DNA from: a virus
IMG/VR virus record: IMGVR_UViG_3300032236_001100
Span: 1-64,000 of that record
DNA length: 64,000 bases
Reading direction: 5' to 3' (one strand)
Shown: one piece after another, positions 27,455 to 35,992 of the stretch
How the letters are laid out: every line of letters begins with the position of its first letter
How positions within the stretch are numbered: position 1 is the stretch's first letter
Notes under the pieces: generated by a model
Seen by the model: the letters and a program-made list of their open reading frames with translations, nothing else
The model's database searches: none
What the model was told of the DNA's origin: nothing
Made by a program: the position numbers and the translations under genes

Positions 27455-28435
27455 TCAAGCTCCTGGGATGGTATAGCCTCTTCCACGGCAGCTGGGGCAG
27501 TTGGTTTTCGTTCCCCGGATGTACCCGGTAGATCCACCTTCCTGCTGGTTGAAACAGTCGATGCAGGCCAGCCAGCCGCTCTCTCGGTTGCCGCTCACGT
27601 TATTGCCGCCCCGTGGGTGGGGGATACGGTGAAACGTGAATAGCCGCGAGACAAACGCGCCTAACGGGGCACCAATTGGACGAGTCCGATCAGCTTCGAG
27701 ATAAGCCCGTCGAAGCTCTGGCATGTACGTGTCCATTGCACGCCGGTAAGCCAGAACGTCGTGGTCAAACCCCACTCGGCATCGTGGCGTCAGTTTGTCA
27801 CGCACTTTGAGCGTGGCCAGGAACGCCTGGTCGTCGGCTTCAGGGTCGTCAGGATCGCCTTCGACCTGAGACTCGACCGGATCGGAAACCGATCCTTCGC
27901 CAGCGATTGCCGCTCGCTCGTCGTCACCGCCAGGAATCAGAACTTCAATCTCATCGGGCGCAACAATGATCGGCTCGTCTAGACTGTCTCCGCGCGAAAA
28001 CTCCTGCTGTAACCCGTGGGCAGCTTTCTTGACGATAGCTGCGCTCGGTTGCTCGCCTCCAGCAAGTTCGACGGCCTTGTCCCATGCCTTGATCTTCTCT
28101 TCCTGTGGCAGAGAGACCAGAGGCCGGATCTGGGTCTCACTCGTGGGAGTGACGCTGTGCCCGGCCAGTTCCTCGACGGTCCTGCTCGCCTGGATCAGCC
28201 GGTAAGCATGAGCCTTGTGGAAGTTGAACCGATCCCGCATGTACTCCGCAAAGGATGGATGCGACTCTCGATACAATCGACGCTCATTGATCTCACGAAT
28301 CGCATCGCAGATCCTGAGCCACGACTCGAAGTTCCTATCGACCAGCGACTCCAGGCGTTGCAGATCATCTCGCTCCTTGTCGTCCAAGGGCAGTTCAGAC
28401 ATCAATTCGTTCACATCAACGTGGGACAGACTCAT
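27455..28435 (-). CDS. Putative DNA-binding protein with ParB/KorB-like HTH and C-terminal Zn finger
   Basis: RLYRE....F..Y...RF......AYRLI.A...SETQ.RPL; CIDC...CPSC. Confidence 0.6.
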   Translation of the reverse strand: MSLSHVDVNELMSELPLDDKERDDLQRLESLVDRNFESWLRICDAIREINERRLYRESHPSFAEYMRDRFNFHKAHAYRLIQASRTVEELAGHSVTPTSETQIRPLVSLPQEEKIKAWDKAVELAGGEQPSAAIVKKAAHGLQQEFSRGDSLDEPIIVAPDEIEVLIPGGDDERAAIAGEGSVSDPVESQVEGDPDDPEADDQAFLATLKVRDKLTPRCRVGFDHDVLAYRRAMDTYMPELRRAYLEADRTRPIGAPLGAFVSRLFTFHRIPHPRGGNNVSGNRESGWLACIDCFNQQEGGSTGYIRGTKTNCPSCRGRGYTIPGA

Positions 28436-29382
28436 AAAGCAGACTCCTCGGGTGCGTTGTACTTACGGCCCAGGTCGTTCACGGCATCCTTCCAGCTCGC
28501 ATAAACGCCCAGTGCCGCGCCAAGGTCGAACAGGCTTAACTTCTCGCCTCGGCCAAGATCAGAGTAATACCCGCTCGCCACACTGAACGATGCGCTCGGG
28601 TTGCGATCCTCAGTACGGATCGACTTGCACTTCACGAAGCTCGAAGCGTTCGGGCTATGTGTCACAACTCGCAGGCCCCACGCTTCAGCCAAAGCCAATT
28701 TATCGAGATCTGGGATCGACTGTATGACGGTACGGTGATTGTAAAATCCACCGCTCTGCACCTTCGGTCCTTCGTACTGCACAATCGGCTTGAATTCCGA
28801 CTGGACAGGCGGAACCGAGAAGACCTTGTGTTGCAGCCAGATCGGCATTGCAGCCGCTTCAGCCTGGTCGTCAGGACCAACGATCCAGCGGTAAGGTATG
28901 ATCTCGCCGTTCACTTCTTTTGTGCTTGGCGGTATCTTTGCCAACCGCCCGTCACCCAGCAGTTCGATCAACTCATGCTTGGCTGTCTCGTCCTTCCAGA
29001 TGATCCGGTACGGGGCATCCCACCACCACTGAAACCACCACTGCTGGCCACCGCGAGGCGTGGCAACCACCCAAGTTTTCAGGTTGGGCGTTCCCGCGAG
29101 GTCAAGCCAGCGATTCCAGATCTTGATGGCGGTTGGCCCATCGAGATCCAGAACGATGTGCGAGGCGACTCTACCCATCGGGATCTGGATATTCGTCTGC
29201 CTCTCGCCGCAAGGGCCTTCCCTTGCAGCGAGGCTGGCAAACTTGCTGGCCGACTGGTCGTTATCCCTGTCTTCCTTGAACGGATAGCAGGGATGACCGT
29301 GGACAGGGCACGAGGCCAGAGGATTGAATCCCAAGGCTCGAAATCGGTTGGCGGCATCAATCGCCGCTTGAGGCAGGTCCAT
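28432..29382 (-). CDS. Bifunctional DNA primase/polymerase (Prim-Pol) domain protein
   Basis: IVLDLDG, VATPRGG, PPS...Y.W; C-terminal EDRNPSASF (primase Zn-binding-like). Confidence 0.75.
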   Translation of the reverse strand: MDLPQAAIDAANRFRALGFNPLASCPVHGHPCYPFKEDRDNDQSASKFASLAAREGPCGERQTNIQIPMGRVASHIVLDLDGPTAIKIWNRWLDLAGTPNLKTWVVATPRGGQQWWFQWWWDAPYRIIWKDETAKHELIELLGDGRLAKIPPSTKEVNGEIIPYRWIVGPDDQAEAAAMPIWLQHKVFSVPPVQSEFKPIVQYEGPKVQSGGFYNHRTVIQSIPDLDKLALAEAWGLRVVTHSPNASSFVKCKSIRTEDRNPSASFSVASGYYSDLGRGEKLSLFDLGAALGVYASWKDAVNDLGRKYNAPEESAL

Positions 29383-29397
29383 TGCACTGCCCCCTGG

Positions 29398-30423
29398 TCA
29401 AAATGGGATCGTGCTTTCCTGGTGCAGAAGCTCTTCGGCCTTCTCGATGAAACGAGTCAGAAGTTCAGCGTTAGCTTCACGCTGGATATCGGGAATGCTC
29501 TGGCCAACCATCCTGCCGATCTCGTCCATCGTTTCCAGGCAGGCAGCGTTATCTAGAGGCTGGTTGCGAGTCTCGATGATTTTGGCCACGATCTTGCGAA
29601 CACGGTCTCGCTGCGCCTTAATTGCGAAGTCGCCAGCCGCAGCAACGACCGGCGTGGAGATCACAGCAGGAGCAGGCTGCTCCGCAGGCGAAGAATTGCC
29701 GGTGAACTCATCCAGCTTTTGAACGCAGATGGCGACCATCTCTGCGGTCTGGCCTTCGTCCCACTCTGACCACTTCGGGGGGAAACCCAAGATCTTGCCC
29801 TGCGTACCCACATACTTGAGCAGGTCGCAACCGAACTTGGCGTCCATTTCCTTGGCCCAGTAAAACAATGCGCCGCCCTTGGCAGGCAGGCGACCATACT
29901 GAGCATGAGGCCCTGAATTGGATGGAGTTGGGCCAGCAGGTCGAGGTTGAGCCTGGGGCTGTGCCTGGTAGCCACCGTTGGACTGCTGCTGAGGCTGACG
30001 AGGTGGTTCCTGGTGAGATGCACCGGGCGCATCAGTTCCAGCTTCATAGTCCACCACGCCAACATCATAGAGATGCCTGCCCATACCTGTGGCATGAGAA
30101 ACCGCTCGCTTGAAAGCGTCGGTCACGCCACCTTTGAATTCGGCTACCTGGGTATACTGGCCCGCGCCACTCTTGGTGATGATGCTGCCATCATCCATCT
30201 TCATGCTGAACTTGCAGATCACGCCATTGTTGTGGACCTCGTAGTCAGTCCACCAATTTTCAGGGCCAAGAACCAAATCCAGGCGATTCTCGTAGCACCT
30301 CGCATCGACGTATGCAGCATCACCTGCCCGTTGGCCCTTGCCGAACAAGGGCTTGTACTTGATCTGCTCTGCGGAAAATGGCTCGCTCAGTGCCTGAAAC
30401 AGTTTTTCGTACTTTGTGGCCAT
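29398..30423 (-). CDS. Rad52/Sak-family single-strand annealing protein
   Basis: AYVDAR....RLD.V.G..NW, KG..TDAFKRA, G.GR.LY. Confidence 0.88.
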   Translation of the reverse strand: MATKYEKLFQALSEPFSAEQIKYKPLFGKGQRAGDAAYVDARCYENRLDLVLGPENWWTDYEVHNNGVICKFSMKMDDGSIITKSGAGQYTQVAEFKGGVTDAFKRAVSHATGMGRHLYDVGVVDYEAGTDAPGASHQEPPRQPQQQSNGGYQAQPQAQPRPAGPTPSNSGPHAQYGRLPAKGGALFYWAKEMDAKFGCDLLKYVGTQGKILGFPPKWSEWDEGQTAEMVAICVQKLDEFTGNSSPAEQPAPAVISTPVVAAAGDFAIKAQRDRVRKIVAKIIETRNQPLDNAACLETMDEIGRMVGQSIPDIQREANAELLTRFIEKAEELLHQESTIPF

Positions 30424-30498
30424 GCTCGCTCCTGTTGTGTTTGAGCAACTCATTATTCAAACGAACACTATTGCAACTATGAAAACGATGGCGTTAAC

Positions 30499-30729
30499 TT
30501 ACTGGTGAGTTGCCAGAGAGTTAACTGGCGATAGAGTTGAACTAGAGCGACTGGAAGGAGGTGCCAGCACGACTCTCAACTCTTCAATGGCGTCTTCCGC
30601 GAGGAACTTCACGGTTCCGTAGTCCTCGTGTGGAATCTGCCTGGAAAACACAAGAAGGCCGATCAGCCTTCGATCAACGCCAAGAACCTTGGCCACCTGA
30701 CCAAAAGTCCGTTTCTGATTGTCTCCCAT
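30499..30729 (-). CDS. Excisionase/Cro-like small HTH protein
   Basis: TFGQVAKVLGVDRR..., Xis/MerR-like; divergent from the XRE repressor. Confidence 0.6.
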   Translation of the reverse strand: MGDNQKRTFGQVAKVLGVDRRLIGLLVFSRQIPHEDYGTVKFLAEDAIEELRVVLAPPSSRSSSTLSPVNSLATHQ

Positions 30730-30751
30730 GATATTGCCCCAGTGAGTGTCA

Positions 30752-30785
30752 GTTGCCGTTAACTTGACATCAACATTGTGGCAAC
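30752..30785. promoter_or_regulatory. Operator cluster of the divergent immunity switch
   Basis: GTTGCCGTTAAC (30752-63), CTTGACATCAAC (30763-74) and a GGCAAC half-site. Confidence 0.65.
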
Positions 30786-30832
30786 GATTTGGCATCGTGT
30801 CAAGCTGACCCACAAACTGAGAGGAGAGTCCG

Positions 30833-31303
30833 ATGGCATTCGGTGAAGAAAACGACTATATGACGGCTTATCGCAACCGAATCCGCGAGGTTGCTCGGGC
30901 CTATGTCGAAAACAAAAAAATGAAACAGGTAGACTTTGCGGATGTCACCGGCCTGGGCAAGGAACGGATCTCCGCGATCCTGGGCGACCGGCCAACCTTC
31001 ACGATCTCGATCTACGTGCTTGAGCATCTGGCCAAGGGCATGGGGACGACCATTGACTGGCTGATCAGTGGACGCTCAATCTACCCGCCACCGAAGACAT
31101 CAGATAAGGGTGGCGACTTGACTGAACAAGAAGCGGAACTGATCCTTTTGGCCAAAGCTGTCTCCAGTAACGATCCCGAACCGTCACGGTTAATGACGGC
31201 TCGGAATCGAATCCTGGGATTGACAAGTCCGGTTCTCGGCCAGGTGGCTCTTCAGGAACCTGAGAAGACACGCAACGGAGGAACTGGGCGAAAATCGTCC
31301 TGA
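30833..31303 (+). CDS. XRE-family (CI-like) repressor
   Basis: KQVDFADVTGLGKERISAIL...LAKGMGTTIDWL. Confidence 0.85.
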   Translation: MAFGEENDYMTAYRNRIREVARAYVENKKMKQVDFADVTGLGKERISAILGDRPTFTISIYVLEHLAKGMGTTIDWLISGRSIYPPPKTSDKGGDLTEQEAELILLAKAVSSNDPEPSRLMTARNRILGLTSPVLGQVALQEPEKTRNGGTGRKSS

Positions 31304-31494
31304 CGAGGAACAACCGTCACGTTACTGATGGCGTACTTGCCATCTTCGGTGATCTTCCAGTTATTCTGATCGCCGGGATCGAAGAGCCGGGCATCCGAGA
31401 TCGTGAACTCCAGGCACGTCTCCGACGTGATTGGGATTCGGACTCGGTCCCGGCTTTCGTCTTTCTGTCCACACTGCACAAAGAAGGAGGGCAT
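31252..31494 (-). CDS. Hypothetical protein
   Basis: GAGAGG RBS upstream of ATG 31494. Confidence 0.5.
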   Translation of the reverse strand: MPSFFVQCGQKDESRDRVRIPITSETCLEFTISDARLFDPGDQNNWKITEDGKYAISNVTVVPRQDDFRPVPPLRVFSGS

Positions 31495-31519
31495 CGCAAT
31501 CGCCTCTCTCACACGCAAA

Positions 31520-31857
31520 AAGGTAAGGTTGAGCTTTCAGATTACCGATGTCGTTCTTAGTGTGCAATGGTATAGATGCGCGATTTATTTTTCTCACCGA
31601 TAGCAAAAATGGTAAGGGGTGGTAAGGCTAAAATTGGCACAAAGTTGACGTTAACATTAATAGCAACTTACCACGTTAATACTGCCAATAAATAGGTGTA
31701 CGCAAGAACAATGAAATCCACAATCACTGGTAAATAAATGACTTAGGGATAATTGTGCTTTTAGAAACTACGATGCGTAGAAAGTGTGTTTGACTCTATA
31801 AAATAGATGTTTATGATAATTCTAAAAGTGGTAGGTACCATTTTTAGGAGAACATCA
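31520..31857. other. Candidate attP region
   Basis: AT-rich intergenic DNA before the integrase with TGGTAAGG direct repeats (31610, 31620), inverted CTTACCA (31667) and variants (31521, 31728, 31829). Confidence 0.45.
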
Positions 31858-32949
31858 ATGCCTCGGCTTACTAAAGGGAAAGTTCCCCTCTTACGGCAGC
31901 ATTCGAGTGGCCAGTGGACCGTCAGGCTGTCAGGTTTCGACCATTACCTTGGGCACGACAAGGAAGCCGCTCAGACGAAGTACGGCGAACTGATCGGCCA
32001 GTGGGAGTCACGGGGACGCAAGCCAGTCTTTGAGACCAAGACTGACGGCAAGACCGTGTCCGAGGTCGCTGACCTCTACCTGGAGCATTGCCGGTCCTAT
32101 TACGTGAAGCGTGGCAAGGTCACGTCTCAGGTCAAGAACATTGAGCAGGCCCTGGCGGGAATGGTCGAACTGTACGGCAGTGCCCAGATCGACAGCTTTG
32201 GGCCACGCGACATGATTAACGTCATTAACCACTGGATCGAATCAGGAATCGTGCGCAGGTCAGTTAATGACAGGCATCGGATCATTGCCCAGTTCTTCCG
32301 CTGGTGCGGAGTCTGGGGCTACTTGCCGGTGGACGCATGGATGAGAGTCAAGGTCGTCGAGAGCCAGAAGGAGGGCCGCTCTAAGGCCCCCGACCTGCCG
32401 GAGCGCGAGCCGCCTCGGTTGGAGCATGTCCGTGCCGTCCAAGAGATCGTCTGCGACCGGGTCTCGGACATGATCGAACTCCAGATGATCACCGGCATGC
32501 GGTCCTGTGAGATCTGTGCCATGCGACCGCTGGACATCGACATGTCGGGTGAAATCTGGGTCTACACCGTCAGACCGGAATTCAACAAGACGACACACAA
32601 AAAAAAGAAACGGGTGGTGATGCTTGGCTCCAAATGCCAGGAGATACTGAAAAAGTACATCGCCATCCGCAAGCCCGACCAGGAGGTGTTTCGGACCCAG
32701 TACAATGGACCTTACACTCCACCGAATTATCGGGGCGTGATCCGGTTCTCGTGCATCAAGCTCGGGATACCCATCTGGTTTCCCCACCTGCTGCGTCATC
32801 ATGCCGCCACGGAGATTCGGGCCAAGTACGGCCTTGACGCTGCCAGGGCCATCCTGGGCCACTCAGACGTGTTCACCACCATGAACTATGCCAAGCCCAG
32901 CCCTGACGCTGAACTGACCAAGAGGGTGGTGAAAGACCGCGAAGGTTGA
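31858..32949 (+). CDS. int: Tyrosine integrase
   Basis: TGMR, K, HLLRH, LGH and Y catalytic set; N-terminal H.SGQ..V.L.G.DHYLG as in planctomycete integrases; AGGAG RBS. Confidence 0.95.
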   Translation: MPRLTKGKVPLLRQHSSGQWTVRLSGFDHYLGHDKEAAQTKYGELIGQWESRGRKPVFETKTDGKTVSEVADLYLEHCRSYYVKRGKVTSQVKNIEQALAGMVELYGSAQIDSFGPRDMINVINHWIESGIVRRSVNDRHRIIAQFFRWCGVWGYLPVDAWMRVKVVESQKEGRSKAPDLPEREPPRLEHVRAVQEIVCDRVSDMIELQMITGMRSCEICAMRPLDIDMSGEIWVYTVRPEFNKTTHKKKKRVVMLGSKCQEILKKYIAIRKPDQEVFRTQYNGPYTPPNYRGVIRFSCIKLGIPIWFPHLLRHHAATEIRAKYGLDAARAILGHSDVFTTMNYAKPSPDAELTKRVVKDREG

Positions 32950-32974
32950 CGGTTCAGCCAGATGCTTCTATCAT
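32946..32974 (+). promoter_or_regulatory. Sigma70-type promoter of the candidate sRNA
   Basis: TTGACG-17 bp-TATCAT. Confidence 0.65.
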
Positions 32975-32980
32975 TGATGT

Positions 32981-33104
32981 GAAGCGATTGCTCTTGATCG
33001 GAAGAGTCAATCGCACCGAAGCATGGCTCTCGCGTGCGTCGTCCTCTTGTGGGTTTGGGTCAATAAGAGCCATCTGGTGAAAACCGGGTGGCTCTTATTG
33101 TTTG
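32981..33104 (+). ncRNA. Candidate structured small RNA antisense to the conserved gene leaders
   Basis: Own promoter, two hairpins and a terminal hairpin at 33061-33100; linker 33042-33063 is complementary to TGACC...GAGAGGA leaders. Confidence 0.5.
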
Positions 33105-33167
33105 ATGGCCAGGCAATGCTAGAATCAATGTCTCCGCGCGGAGACTGATCCATACTGGAGCCAAACC

Positions 33168-33668
33168 ATGTACTGCCGACCTTGGATTGACTTGAAGCAC
33201 AAAAAGAATGGCTACTTCGTGATCCGCGAGGACAACAACGAAGGCGGCAAGAACGAGGTCATTGCCAAGTACGGACTGGACGAGTACCAGGCTGCACGCG
33301 AACGGGCAATTCATGAGACCGAGGAACACAAGAGCCAGTTGACAGAGACTCGCCGTGATGGCGAAGGCGAGGTCATCTATACCAGCTCGCACGTCAACCA
33401 GATGCTTCAGATTGGCAAAGATATCGCAGCCGATTTCTGTCAGCTGTTACTGGACGAGAATCGGCTGCCGGTGAAGAAGTGGATTCCTGTGTTCGACGAG
33501 GCTTGGAAGGGCATTCCTGAATGCTACAGGCCACACTTGCATCTGCTCGGCCTGGAGGAAGGGACTCAGGACTGGCATCACATCGAGTACGGTGGTGCCG
33601 CTCATGCGATCACGATCTTGAGTCCGATCATGCGTAACCGGCGACCACAGGATTATCGCGAGCAGTGA
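33168..33668 (+). CDS. Hypothetical protein with C-terminal GL..GT..W domain
   Basis: GGAG RBS; similarity to segments of the 10613 and 11966 genes. Confidence 0.75.
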   Translation: MYCRPWIDLKHKKNGYFVIREDNNEGGKNEVIAKYGLDEYQAARERAIHETEEHKSQLTETRRDGEGEVIYTSSHVNQMLQIGKDIAADFCQLLLDENRLPVKKWIPVFDEAWKGIPECYRPHLHLLGLEEGTQDWHHIEYGGAAHAITILSPIMRNRRPQDYREQ

Positions 33669-33686
33669 CTGGTCGCTGACCGCCAG

Positions 33687-33989
33687 TCAAAACTCTTCTC
33701 TTGACTCGACCTTGCATCTTGGCTCAAGCGATAAGCTGACCTTGCGAACGCCAACGATCTTGTCGCCCACCCACAAGGTGAAAGTCAGAGGCCACTCACG
33801 CAATAATGTGGTCGGGCGGCTTGACCTGTAGAAATCAGCAGCGATCTCTTCTGCTGCGTAGTCGATGCTCTGGGGATCGTTGATGTCGATGCCGCTCAGG
33901 CAAACATAGCGTCTTGCTGAGATGTTCCTATCCAGCTCCTTGACCCCGTAGATCACAGGGCATGGAAGCATCTCCTTGGGTATATCCAC
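33687..33989 (-). CDS. Hypothetical protein
   Basis: ORF in a minus-strand operon. Confidence 0.6.
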   Translation of the reverse strand: MDIPKEMLPCPVIYGVKELDRNISARRYVCLSGIDINDPQSIDYAAEEIAADFYRSSRPTTLLREWPLTFTLWVGDKIVGVRKVSLSLEPRCKVESREEF

Positions 33990-33992
33990 GAG

Positions 33993-34514
33993 TCATTCCT
34001 TCTCTGGTTGTTCAGTCAGCCGGTCGTAAGCTGATTTCCACATGCGAACCCTGGCGACAGCCTCAAGCAGATCGGTCGTACCGAGAGCTTCTTCGATCTC
34101 CTGAGCGAACCGCACACGAGATGGCCGATGGTCAGCCATCTCATCAGTGGGTGCCACTTCAATGCGTGGCTCTTGGCTTTGAATAAAAGGATCGTCAAAC
34201 GAACGTCCTGAACCACCTTCAGGATGGTCCGTGTAGCACAGTACTTGTCTTGTTGCCTGATGCATGTCCCAGGCCACCCAGGCGTGAGAATGCATTTTGG
34301 TATGGCTGTTGTGTCCAGCTAACTCGGAGAACCTTCTACCAATCGCTCGCAACTCTTCATTCATCTGATGCTTAGCATCGCCCTTGATCTGAGTGTTGTC
34401 GATAGCATCTTCGAGAGCGATGGCGAACTGACCCATGTGCGAACGAGCCAACGTGTGCAAGGCCGCGCTGATCACGCCTAGCTGAGTTTTGTTGCAGATG
34501 ATCTTGTAGTTCAC
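33993..34514 (-). CDS. Hypothetical protein
   Basis: ORF in a minus-strand operon. Confidence 0.65.
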   Translation of the reverse strand: MNYKIICNKTQLGVISAALHTLARSHMGQFAIALEDAIDNTQIKGDAKHQMNEELRAIGRRFSELAGHNSHTKMHSHAWVAWDMHQATRQVLCYTDHPEGGSGRSFDDPFIQSQEPRIEVAPTDEMADHRPSRVRFAQEIEEALGTTDLLEAVARVRMWKSAYDRLTEQPEKE

Positions 34515-34523
34515 GTTTATGCC

Positions 34524-34736
34524 TTATAGCCAGGGGCCATTATGATGCACCACAGGATCTCGCCCGTAATGGTCTTCCAAGCCTGGTTCATAGTCGTAAT
34601 GCGTGGGCTTGCCCATCTCACTGGCACTACGAGCAAGCAACCAGCCAAGGCCGATCAAGCCCAAGCCAGAGACTAACGCAAGCAAAGCTGTTAACGCCGA
34701 GATCTGAGTATCGCTCAATCCAATGTAGCCTGGCAT
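34524..34736 (-). CDS. Small membrane protein
   Basis: One TM helix; AAGGAG RBS. Confidence 0.6.
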   Translation of the reverse strand: MPGYIGLSDTQISALTALLALVSGLGLIGLGWLLARSASEMGKPTHYDYEPGLEDHYGRDPVVHHNGPWL

Positions 34737-35023
34737 GCTGTCTCCTTGTTAATGGCTTCGCTCAACTTGGACACTACGCTTGCTGGTAGTCTGGGGCCTT
34801 CAAATTTGATGATGTGCTGCACCGCTTCTTGAAGCTGATTGAGTTCAGCGCGGAGTCGCGTAACCTCTTCATGCCGGTCAATGGCGGCATCGGCCACTTT
34901 GGAGCGACCTGCGTCGATAGAAACAATGCCTTGCAGCAAGCTAAGAAAGCTCTCGCGGTCTAAAGAAAAGTTCGTGCCTTTTGGTGTTTCTTGAACTGTT
35001 GCAATCGTGTCTTGGAGATTCAC
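34715..35023 (-). CDS. Coiled-coil hypothetical protein
   Basis: AAGGAG RBS. Confidence 0.6.
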   Translation of the reverse strand: MNLQDTIATVQETPKGTNFSLDRESFLSLLQGIVSIDAGRSKVADAAIDRHEEVTRLRAELNQLQEAVQHIIKFEGPRLPASVVSKLSEAINKETACQATLD

Positions 35024-35079
35024 TCTCTCGCTCCTTGCGGGGGCGGTTGCAGTCCCGCCCGTCCGAGGTTTTAGTTAAC

Positions 35080-35589
35080 TCAGGCTGTCGGCTGATGAGG
35101 GTTAATACTCACCGACACGTTGCTGCCACTGCCAGAGATGCCCAGGTAGCCCGTGCCGTTAATGGAAGCAAATTCGTTTGTCCCGCCCGTTGTGTTGTAA
35201 TGCCATCCTGAAGATTCTGTCCATTCAGGCGCATAAGCCGCTTTACCAAAAATCCATCCGGCGTCGGTCTGGATCGAAAACGTCGCACTCTTGCCGGTGA
35301 CGTTCAAGTAAATGGTGGAGTCGGGATGCGAGGCACCAAACACAGTGACTGTGCCCTTCGCCGTGATCAGGGTGGAGTCGCCGTCCACAAATGACGTGCC
35401 AGACATCGAGCCTTTGACGATGTCGCCGGTCCCCCAAAACTTTGTCCACTGATGTGGAGGAGTCTGGACAGCACTATGATGCACATGAGCAGCAACCGGC
35501 TTGTGATGGGCCACCGGACCATGTCCCAGTGCGCTCAAGCTGACGATTGAATCAAGACTCTCGACTGCGGGAGAAAAAGAACGTCGCAT
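35080..35589 (-). CDS. Exported protein with Planctomycete extracellular (LEPR-XLL-like) N-terminal motif
   Basis: MRRSFSPAVESLDSIVSLS; CGAGAGGA RBS and CUGACC hairpin upstream. Confidence 0.7.
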   Translation of the reverse strand: MRRSFSPAVESLDSIVSLSALGHGPVAHHKPVAAHVHHSAVQTPPHQWTKFWGTGDIVKGSMSGTSFVDGDSTLITAKGTVTVFGASHPDSTIYLNVTGKSATFSIQTDAGWIFGKAAYAPEWTESSGWHYNTTGGTNEFASINGTGYLGISGSGSNVSVSINPHQPTA

Positions 35590-35686
35590 TGGTAAATTCC
35601 TCTCGATAGGGTGATTGGTCAGAATCATCAGATTTGCATGGATGCAGGCGGCTTCGTCTGCCGCCGCATTAAAGATCAGCTAGCGA

Positions 35687-35959
35687 TCACTCAGCATCGT
35701 CTGCGTCATACGCAAACAGATCGTCAGTGATTGCCACGGAAGCATCAGGCCGAACGATAGCGGACACATCAGCGAAGTTGATGAGGCCGCTCTTCGTTTC
35801 AAGCCACTTGCAGACTTGACCGTCTTCAGCTGACACGATGATCGAGCCCTGCTCGTCAACGCGAAGTTCCTCGGCAATCGTAACTCCAGATTGCATGATA
35901 AACAGGAACTTTTCCAGCTTGTACTCGGTCTCAGTCTTCTTCTCTTCGTCTTGTGCCAT
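35687..35959 (-). CDS. Acidic hypothetical protein
   Basis: AGGAGG RBS. Confidence 0.7.
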   Translation of the reverse strand: MAQDEEKKTETEYKLEKFLFIMQSGVTIAEELRVDEQGSIIVSAEDGQVCKWLETKSGLINFADVSAIVRPDASVAITDDLFAYDADDAE

Positions 35960-35992
35960 TTAGCACCTCCTGCACTGATATAGCGAGGATTC

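Noticed and set aside
33023-33148. 41-aa hydrophobic ORF (type I toxin-like) overlapping the candidate sRNA
   Set aside because: No RBS and it reads through the terminator-like hairpin; not excluded, but weaker than the RNA interpretation
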